Origin: an uncultured Gammaproteobacteria bacterium
GTDB lineage: Bacteria > Patescibacteriota > Patescibacteriia > Magasanikbacterales > GWA2-37-8
Reading direction: 5' to 3'
Assembly: GCA_964444705.1 (NCBI GenBank)
Contig: CAYUHX010000003.1
Coordinates: forward strand, 3,248-67,247
DNA: 64,000 bases
In this document: positions 57,512 through 64,000 of the stretch, one piece after another
Layout of the letters: each line of letters opens with the position of its first letter
Position numbering within the stretch: position 1 is the first letter of the stretch
Notes under the pieces: model-generated
Told to the model about the DNA's origin: nothing
Database searches by the model: none
Seen by the model: only the letters and a program-made list of their open reading frames with translations
Translations under genes and position numbers: made by a program

Positions 57512-57540
57512 TTGACAAATGGCAAAAAATGTGCTAACTT
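57512..57540 (+). promoter_or_regulatory. Promoter of cassette 5
   Basis: TTGACA-17nt-TAACTT with TG; spacer closely resembles that of cassette 2. Confidence 0.7.
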
Positions 57541-57739
57541 AGTTTTAATTTAGTTGTATCTCTCTTTGAGAAGCAATTTGCTCATTACCAAATTATTTCG
57601 GGAAAAATATACAGCTCCAGTGAGTTGGGGAGAATAGAGTCGTGCCAAATAAAACAGTTTTGGATTCTCTTTTCTCTCCAGCTATCTCTACCATCTGCAA
57701 GTCCCCGCGCCAACAAGGGCGGGGCAGACAGGAGCACCC

Positions 57740-58546
57740 ATGTGTCTTTCCATCAATGGTTCTGTGCGTCGTTTCTTCGTCATCACCGGCCTCCTCCTGA
57801 CCGCCGCGGCCAGCGGCTGCGGCATCTGGCCGGAGGAGCACTACGCGACCGGCGATTCGACCGTGTACGAGCCGGTCATGAAGGCGCCGGACGCGCCCAT
57901 GCCCCCGGCGGCGACCTGCTACGACCTGGTCTTCGAGAAGAACGCGTCGTCCAAGGGCGCCAGCGCCCAGGGCTACTACTGGTTCGATGCCAACACCTCC
58001 CACACCCAGTTCGCGGCCGGGTCCTTCAGCCTGCTGAACCCGACCGGGACCGGGCAGTACTGCAACGTCACCATCCCGGCCCCCGACGGCCACCTGGCGA
58101 GCCTGTCCATCCCGCGAATGGCTGCCAACTTCCGCCACACCACCGCACAGTCGGGCAAGCTCATCACGATCATCGACTACAACATCGACCTCCCCCAGGA
58201 GCCGCGGGTGGAGTCCCTGCAGATCGTGGTCTTCGCCGACCAGCTGGCGCCCAACGACACGTGCGCCGGCGAGCGGACCCGCCTGGCCTTCAACGGCCTC
58301 GCCATCACGGCTCGCACCTGCTCGATCCGCTCGGCCAACGGCAGCAGCACGACCCCGGCGGTGACCCAGTTCACCATCAACGAGGTGAACGGCGGCTGCC
58401 TCCTGCAGCAGCGGACCGGCAACGGCAGCCCGGCCATCTACACCCAGGCAGCCGCGGAGGTTGAGGCTGACAGCGCCGGGGCCGACTGGAGCTTCCAGTC
58501 CACCCAGCTGGCCAGCGACGACCTGGTCGAGTGCTCCGCGCAGTAG
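57740..58546 (+). CDS. Cys-rich putative lipoprotein (high-GC cassette 5)
   Basis: SD aggag; signal peptide with ASGC lipobox; GC-ending codons. Confidence 0.82.
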   Translation: MCLSINGSVRRFFVITGLLLTAAASGCGIWPEEHYATGDSTVYEPVMKAPDAPMPPAATCYDLVFEKNASSKGASAQGYYWFDANTSHTQFAAGSFSLLNPTGTGQYCNVTIPAPDGHLASLSIPRMAANFRHTTAQSGKLITIIDYNIDLPQEPRVESLQIVVFADQLAPNDTCAGERTRLAFNGLAITARTCSIRSANGSSTTPAVTQFTINEVNGGCLLQQRTGNGSPAIYTQAAAEVEADSAGADWSFQSTQLASDDLVECSAQ

Positions 58547-58679
58547 GCGCCGCGCCACTTTTTCCCGACCCCACCGGAGATCATCCGCCGCCGCTCCCCC
58601 TCGCATGAGGGGTCGAGCGCTCGCTGCCCGTCTCCTCCTGCTTTCTGTTAATAATTATTGTTAACAAAAAGTAGGACAC

Positions 58680-58712
58680 AAAAAATCCTCTCATTGATTG
58701 AGAGGATTTTTT
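58680..58712 (+). terminator. Terminator closing cassette 5
   Basis: aaaaaatcctctca-ttgat-tgagaggatttttt. Confidence 0.85.
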
Positions 58713-58739
58713 ATTGACTCTAACTCATTTTCATCACCT

Positions 58740-58924
58740 ATTACTTTTTTGTGCGGACAAAAAAGTAATCAAAAAAACCGCCGAACTAATGCTTCACTCC
58801 GCCACTGCCATCGGTTCGCCCTCACTGACGAGCTGAACTCGCTTTGGCTCAGACAGCAGCTCGCCTCCTTTAAGGATCGTTCAGGCTCACCGTGGCCAGA
58901 TGGCGTCGCTTCACATATGTTCGG
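58740..58924. repeat. Highly structured intergenic element (MITE- or ncRNA-like)
   Basis: attactttttt/aaaaaagtaat hairpin followed by nested stems ccgaac/gttcgg, cgcca/tggcg, cgagctg/cagctcg. Confidence 0.55.
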
Positions 58925-58972
58925 TGTGGATGTGATGCACGTGTCGTTTATTTATAGCTTTCACATCCACAC

Positions 58973-59012
58973 CCTGTCTGCCCTGCCTACCGGCAGGCAG
59001 GCGACAGGCAGG
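58973..59012. repeat. Nested pair of 20-bp palindromes
   Basis: cctgtctgc[cctgcctaccggcaggcagg]cgacaggcagg. Confidence 0.9.
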
Positions 59013-59054
59013 CTAAAAACTAAAACCTTTAACCTAAAACCTACAACCTAAGAG
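59013..59054. repeat. Degenerate heptamer tandem repeat
   Basis: ctaaaaa ctaaaac ctttaac ctaaaac ctacaac ctaagag. Confidence 0.65.
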
Positions 59055-60341
59055 CTAGGGTCGGAGTCTTCCAATCGTGCGCGGAAAAGGAATACATTCA
59101 CGTATATGTTCTACCCCCGCAATCCAGCGCACTGCTCGCTCAAGGCCAATACCAAAACCCGAATGTGGCACGCCGCCAAAACGACGAGTATCGAGATACC
59201 ATTCATAATCAACCATATTCAGACCCTCTTCTTTAATACGCGCAATGAGGACATCCACATTTTCTTCACGTTGACTGCCGCCGATGAGCTCTCCCCCGCC
59301 TTCAGTGGCAATGAGGTCATCATTAAAGACGCGCTCCTCGTTCGTGGGATCAGTCTTCATATAAAAAGGTTTAATACTCTTGGGCCATTTTTCAATAAAC
59401 ACCGGCACGGCGCTATCTTTGGTAAGTAGTCCCTCATCATCATTTCCTAAATCTTCACCATATTTAATATCTGATCCAAGCTCGTTTAATTTTACAATCG
59501 CTGCTTCGTAGGTATATCGCGTAAATGGTGCATCGGCGGCTTTTAATTTGGTCACATCACGCTCAAGGATAGTCAATTCTTCTTGGCAACGCTCTAGAGA
59601 ACGGCGAATGATAAAACGCACCAAACCTTCTTGCAGCGCCAGGTTTCCTTCATGCTCCACAAAAGCCGCTTCGGCATCCATCATCCAAAATTCGGTGAGA
59701 TGACGTTTGGTTTTACTTTTTTCTGCGCGAAAGACCGGACCAAAATCATAACAACGGCCAACAGAAGCAATGGCCGCCTCAATGTAGAGTTGACCAGATT
59801 GCGAAAGATACGCTTCGCCTAAATCAAAATACGGCACGGCAAACAAAGTGGTGGTACCCTCACAGGCGTTGGGTGTGAACACTGGCGAATCGACACGAAT
59901 AAATTTTTCTTGATGCAAATACTCGTTGATGGCCATGATTATAGTGTCGCGAATCCGGAGAATGGCCCATTGCCGTTTACTGCGCAGCCACAAGTGCCTA
60001 TTGTCCATGAGAAAATCTGGACCATGCTCTTTTTTGGCAATGGGATAATCAACTGCTAACTGTAAAATGGCAAAATCAGTTACTTGTAATTCAAAGATAT
60101 TGTCATTTTTTGGATGTTTCGCCACCACACCAGTCACATTCACCGATGATTCTTGGGAAGCAGTTTCTACGGCCGCCCACACCTCACTAGACAACCCTTT
60201 TTGCACAGCCACCGCTTGCACGAATCCAGAACCATCACGTATTTCGAGAAAAGCAATTGGCCCGGAAGAGCGCTTGTTATTTAGCCAGCCTTTAACAGTC
60301 ACCGTTTCGCCCACGTGGGAAGAAAATTCTGAGATCAACAT
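59055..60341 (-). CDS. asnS: Asparagine-tRNA ligase
   Basis: OB fold, RHLWLR, YLSQSGQLY, FRAEKSKTKRHLTEFWM, GFGIGLER. Confidence 0.96.
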   Translation of the reverse strand: MLISEFSSHVGETVTVKGWLNNKRSSGPIAFLEIRDGSGFVQAVAVQKGLSSEVWAAVETASQESSVNVTGVVAKHPKNDNIFELQVTDFAILQLAVDYPIAKKEHGPDFLMDNRHLWLRSKRQWAILRIRDTIIMAINEYLHQEKFIRVDSPVFTPNACEGTTTLFAVPYFDLGEAYLSQSGQLYIEAAIASVGRCYDFGPVFRAEKSKTKRHLTEFWMMDAEAAFVEHEGNLALQEGLVRFIIRRSLERCQEELTILERDVTKLKAADAPFTRYTYEAAIVKLNELGSDIKYGEDLGNDDEGLLTKDSAVPVFIEKWPKSIKPFYMKTDPTNEERVFNDDLIATEGGGELIGGSQREENVDVLIARIKEEGLNMVDYEWYLDTRRFGGVPHSGFGIGLERAVRWIAGVEHIRECIPFPRTIGRLRP

Positions 60342-60381
60342 ATATACTCATTACTTAAAATCAAAAAATCTACATCTATTT

Positions 60382-61098
60382 TTATAAATACCCATCCGTA
60401 ATTGGATCACACCAAAAAACCAATCGACTTTTTGGTTGAAAATTTTCTTTGCCATGAACATCGGTAATTTTTTTCGCATCATCGCCCGGAACTTTGGCAT
60501 AATAGGTTGGTTTGAAAGATTTCGGACAGTTTACGAGTAGCAACCACTGCGCTCCACAATCGACATATAAGGTACGCAATTCATTAAGTTTCTCGGGTGA
60601 AAAATATGGATACTTTCTGCCACGCGCTGTTTGCGTGCTATTACAATCAAAACGATACCAATGAGTACCATCTTTTTCATCTTTTAGCTCAGTTACTCTC
60701 AGCTGCACCTCTTCTGAATTAGGCACAATCGTTGGCTGATCTTTCGCATCTACGATTTCACTCCCCTCAGGCGTTTCACCACGCACCATTTCGCTACTAC
60801 CAAGCAAAAGGGCTGCTGCTCCCGCAAATGCACGCAAGGTACGAGGTGAGGCTAACTGCGGCCTGGCTGCCCAGGCTTGTGCAACAACATCTCCTAACGC
60901 CGGTGGCATGGTCGCAAGCACTTCTTGAACAGTTTGCTCACTGCGTGCTGGAATTTCTTTTTTTCTGCCACGACCAATTTCTTTGAGGCTGCTCACCAGG
61001 CTTTGGAATACTTCCTGGACATGCTGCTTCGCTGGTCGAGCTTCTCTTTTTTCTATGAGAGGATTTTTGTGAAATACCTCTTGAGGCACTTTTACCAT
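60382..61098 (-). CDS. Hypothetical protein with an internal hydrophobic segment
   Basis: 238-aa ORF; RAFAGAAALLLG segment after a charged N-terminal region. Confidence 0.7.
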   Translation of the reverse strand: MVKVPQEVFHKNPLIEKREARPAKQHVQEVFQSLVSSLKEIGRGRKKEIPARSEQTVQEVLATMPPALGDVVAQAWAARPQLASPRTLRAFAGAAALLLGSSEMVRGETPEGSEIVDAKDQPTIVPNSEEVQLRVTELKDEKDGTHWYRFDCNSTQTARGRKYPYFSPEKLNELRTLYVDCGAQWLLLVNCPKSFKPTYYAKVPGDDAKKITDVHGKENFQPKSRLVFWCDPITDGYL

Positions 61099-61165
61099 AC
61101 ACTAACTAGACATTATCGTTCTAGTGTACTTATTTTAAAGAAAAAAGCAAGCTCTTTCCAAGGCC

Positions 61166-62176
61166 CTAAACCAGGCCAATCCAGGCAATTTGCTGACCTT
61201 CTTCGATAGCACCCACACCACAGATACTCATTAAATGAAAGGTCTGAAATGCCCGCACACTCACCATGGTGTTGCACCACGGCTGATAAACCAAGGCATA
61301 TTCTTCGCCTTTTTGCACGCGTTCACCCACTTTTTTCTGCCAAGAATAATAGCCTGCCACCGGTGACACTAAATGAGTCGCATTTTTTATCGAAATTTCT
61401 AAAGGGGGAAAAAACTTGGCACTTTCCTCTTTTTTATGAGACCACACTGAATCCAACCAGCGCACTAATTCTGCAAAACGCTGTAATAGTGCAGCCTCAT
61501 TTATTTCTCCATGATGATACACCTCCCAAGTGCTCGCCGCTGGAATTTGGGAAAGGGGCATATTATCCAAAAAAGGTGCCACATGCGATTCGTCAAAAGC
61601 ACCAACCGCATCTTCTTTTTTTTCCCACAAAATATGTACGCGCGCGCCGAGAGGTTTAAATACATCGCTGTGCATAGAATGCGAAAAAAGATGCGCTTCA
61701 TTGTCTGAGCCCGTGGTATGAATATCAACGACATGCGTGGCAGCAGCACTGAGCAATTTAAGCGTGGCCGCAAGCTTATGCTCGATACTTAGGTTTGGTT
61801 CTAAGAGCAGCTCTTCATAATATTTTTTTTGAGCGTCAAGACTGTTCCAGGCTACATGCGTGGTAAAAATTCTATTCCAATTAGCACCATTATGCAGATT
61901 CCAACGACCCGTTAGGGCATTGTAACCAACAGCATTCACGGCGATTGGGTTGGCACACGGCACGATGATGACGGTGCCTGGAAAATCAGCGTGAGTTTCC
62001 AGATATTGAATTAATTTTCTCAAAAGTACGGTACCAAAAATTTCTGGCCCGTGGATGTTGGCCTGCAGATAAACCGTTGGGCCAGGCGTATGACCGCGAA
62101 AGGTGTAGACGTGAATAAAAAGCTCTTCACCACTAGCTTTTTGTTGCAAAGGATACGTTGTTTTGAAGTAAAACAT
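61166..62176 (-). CDS. Succinylglutamate desuccinylase/aspartoacylase (M14) family deacylase
   Basis: ANIHGPE, NWNRIF, VDIH, C-terminal SPVAG biotinyl-like hairpin. Confidence 0.88.
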   Translation of the reverse strand: MFYFKTTYPLQQKASGEELFIHVYTFRGHTPGPTVYLQANIHGPEIFGTVLLRKLIQYLETHADFPGTVIIVPCANPIAVNAVGYNALTGRWNLHNGANWNRIFTTHVAWNSLDAQKKYYEELLLEPNLSIEHKLAATLKLLSAAATHVVDIHTTGSDNEAHLFSHSMHSDVFKPLGARVHILWEKKEDAVGAFDESHVAPFLDNMPLSQIPAASTWEVYHHGEINEAALLQRFAELVRWLDSVWSHKKEESAKFFPPLEISIKNATHLVSPVAGYYSWQKKVGERVQKGEEYALVYQPWCNTMVSVRAFQTFHLMSICGVGAIEEGQQIAWIGLV

Positions 62177-62269
62177 ATGGAGTAAATTTTAAAATATAGT
62201 ATTATTTGACGTCAATACCACAAAGAGAGAATGGGTGGGCGCGACGAATAAATTCCGTCGCGCCCCAGA

Positions 62270-62752
62270 CTATTTTTTTCTTAGGAAGAAAAGACGACAT
62301 TCGGTCGGCACGGCTCGAAAAGTGCAGCACTGTTTTTCTTCGACCGATTTCCAACGATCACAAGGTTCACACGTGGCTTCCCAAGGAACGCTATTCCACG
62401 AATGAGCATCTGCCTCGTGCCATCCTTGCCGAGTGACAAGGCGCACCACTCGCGGGTTATGGGTAACAAGAAACACATCGTCATGAACCTTGTTCATAAT
62501 GACGGTCAACATTTTTCGCCATAGACCCTGACCACGATACGCTGGCGCCACCCACACCGAACCTAGCTCACGCCATGTCAAAGCCTGTGTTGGCCACAAC
62601 GCCACAAATGCAATTGGCTCACCTTCCTTTTCAATCAAAAGAGCCTGATCTGACTGGACAAGCTCAAAAAGTGCCATAGGTGTAATACGTCCTCCAAAAA
62701 GTGCTTCCTCTTTTTGCAGGGCCATTACGAGCTTTTCCCAAACCGTTGTCAT
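62270..62752 (-). CDS. GNAT acetyltransferase, ArgA/N-acetylglutamate synthase-like
   Basis: ELGSVWVAPAYRGQG acetyl-CoA motif, FLVT, Cys-rich tail; SD aggag. Confidence 0.8.
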   Translation of the reverse strand: MTTVWEKLVMALQKEEALFGGRITPMALFELVQSDQALLIEKEGEPIAFVALWPTQALTWRELGSVWVAPAYRGQGLWRKMLTVIMNKVHDDVFLVTHNPRVVRLVTRQGWHEADAHSWNSVPWEATCEPCDRWKSVEEKQCCTFRAVPTECRLFFLRKK

Positions 62753-62767
62753 CGTATTTTTCTCCTG

Positions 62768-62794
62768 AAAAGTGACCTTACTTTAAGGTCACTT
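62768..62794 (-). terminator. Attenuator terminator 2
   Basis: aagtgacctta/taaggtcactt stem just before the GNAT SD. Confidence 0.75.
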
Positions 62795-62810
62795 GTGATT
62801 ATTTGAATAA

Positions 62811-62879
62811 TCAAACAGTCACAATCAACCTCAAATGATTGCGGCAACGACGGAATGATTGTTGATAAAAAATAATCAT
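62811..62879 (-). CDS. Arg-codon leader peptide 2 (MIIFYQQSFRRCRNHLRLIVTV)
   Basis: CGT CGT TGC CGC codons; overlaps an antiterminator arm. Confidence 0.7.
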   Translation of the reverse strand: MIIFYQQSFRRCRNHLRLIVTV

Positions 62880-62894
62880 ACAAAAAGACATAAT

Positions 62895-62920
62895 AAAAAC
62901 CCCTCTTTCAAGAGGGGTTT
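62895..62920 (-). terminator. Attenuator terminator 1
   Basis: aaacccctct-tgaa-agaggggttt plus U tract. Confidence 0.85.
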
Positions 62921-62948
62921 AAGGTGCGAACAAAATGAAAATTAAAGA

Positions 62949-63020
62949 CTAACACCACCCTTTCTCGAAAGAGTCTGTGTGGCGACGACGGAATAATGAA
63001 AAAATAAGTAGATGAATCAT
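62949..63020 (-). CDS. Arg-codon leader peptide 1 (MIHLLIFSLFRRRHTDSFEKGWC)
   Basis: CGT CGT CGC codons; 3' part complementary to terminator 1. Confidence 0.72.
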   Translation of the reverse strand: MIHLLIFSLFRRRHTDSFEKGWC

Positions 63021-63024
63021 AGTT

Positions 63025-63795
63025 TTAAACGTGTATTTGAACCTTACCATACGAACGAATCGCACGCAACACGCTATCCACATAACCCTCTTTAATAATT
63101 TTTTTCTCTGTGTGATATGTGATAAAACTTTCTATCAATCGTTCTTCCTCAAGAGAAACTGAAAGAGTATTTATTTCTACCCATTCTTTCTGTAACAAAG
63201 AACCAAGAGTTGTAAGTGATCGTTCTGTTACGGGAATGCCTTCAAAAACGATCGACCTATCCGGCGAATGACAAGTGCGTCCAACCACTCCTCCGGCAGC
63301 AGCAGAAAAATAAAACGAATCTGTTGTTATTTTTTTCTCACACACCACACAACGATCAATCACTGGCGTAAAACCAAGATGATGCCACAATTTAAGCACA
63401 AATGCGCTCATCACACTTGGTTCAATCAAAGTAGTTATTTCTAAAAAATTCAAATAGCCTTGCAAAAACAGAAATAAATCAACATCTTTTTGGTGCACTT
63501 CCACCATCGTATCGACTAAAAAAAACGCGGCCTGAAGTAAAAGACGTTTATTAAAATCACCACGGATATTTTTATAGGCACACACCGGTACTGCTCGAAT
63601 AAGGTGATCGATCTCTTGTCCGGCTACCATTTCTACTTCAATCAAAAAACCTGGCTCTAAAAAAGGACTATTTTTACTTGTTATTTTTTTGACACCTCGT
63701 GCTAATAATTCTAATTTGCCAGCTTCTTTGGTGTATAACGAAACACGTTGATCATGTTCACGAAAATCACGACGCGAAAGAATGAAAGCCAGCAT
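63025..63795 (-). CDS. recO: DNA repair protein RecO
   Basis: N-terminal OB fold (REHDQRVSLYT, ARGVKK), CVVC zinc motif. Confidence 0.92.
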   Translation of the reverse strand: MLAFILSRRDFREHDQRVSLYTKEAGKLELLARGVKKITSKNSPFLEPGFLIEVEMVAGQEIDHLIRAVPVCAYKNIRGDFNKRLLLQAAFFLVDTMVEVHQKDVDLFLFLQGYLNFLEITTLIEPSVMSAFVLKLWHHLGFTPVIDRCVVCEKKITTDSFYFSAAAGGVVGRTCHSPDRSIVFEGIPVTERSLTTLGSLLQKEWVEINTLSVSLEEERLIESFITYHTEKKIIKEGYVDSVLRAIRSYGKVQIHV

Positions 63796-63818
63796 AACGC
63801 GCCAAAATAAATATATCT

Positions 63819-63998
63819 TTAGTACAATTCAGGATGTTCAACATGCACAAGCGCATTCATAATTGCTTGTTTCGTATACTCCTTGCGATTAATGCGACCG
63901 TTAGTCATTATGGCAATGATTCCTTCTTCGGTGCCGACTTTTTCACTCGTTGTTAACCCCACCTCACGACACGCCTGACTCGCATCAAGGCCGTGATG
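63819..63998 (-). CDS. C-terminal fragment of a YjjX-like inosine/xanthosine triphosphatase
   Basis: Hand translation ...KVGTEEGIIAIMTNGRINRKEYTKQAIMNAL...; 5'-truncated. Confidence 0.7.
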   Translation of the reverse strand, partial: HHGLDASQACREVGLTTSEKVGTEEGIIAIMTNGRINRKEYTKQAIMNALVHVEHPELY

Positions 63999-64000
63999 TA

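Noticed and set aside
57593-58606. 337-aa minus and 279-aa plus ORFs; likewise 56604-57410, 45479-46063 and 16607-16852
   Set aside because: Stop-poor shadow frames typical of high-GC DNA; no SD or signal peptide support.
16607-58620. High-GC segments as assembly contamination
   Set aside because: Each is one complete gene joined to AT-rich promoter and terminator signals, unlike random chimeric joins; read mapping is still needed to exclude it fully.
58698-59051. 117-aa ORF
   Set aside because: Runs through a terminator, hairpins and the nested palindrome; no protein-like features.

Overview
Chromosomal window of an AT-leaning Patescibacteria/CPR-type bacterium. The assignment is inferred from gene content, SD-less translation starts and a pilin-hydrolase fusion; ORFs translate with the standard code. 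The backbone is housekeeping: prs, sanA-like, dnaE, pheS/pheT, rseP, lemA, htpX, phosphomannomutase, clpC, radA, recG, parA/parB, rel, topA, dprA, pth, der, LCP, asnS, recO and three tRNAs (Leu-CAA, Val-CAC, Arg-GCG). Four unusual layers sit on this backbone. (1) Five single-gene high-GC cassettes each have an AT-rich sigma70 promoter, a strong AGGAG SD that the backbone genes I checked lack, and a terminator; four have a structured leader with a boxA-like motif and three encode lipoproteins. (2) A minimal GIY-YIG gene lies between 46-bp duplications of the tRNA-Leu 5' half, and a 20-bp palindrome is inserted both in the duplicated anticodon arm and, nested inside itself, 17 kb away. (3) Two tandem Arg-codon leader-peptide attenuators precede an ArgA-like GNAT. 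(4) Two small-protein plus giant-helical-protein operons and a DsbA / pilin-amidase cluster. Product calls are from motif recognition by eye; no database searches were run.
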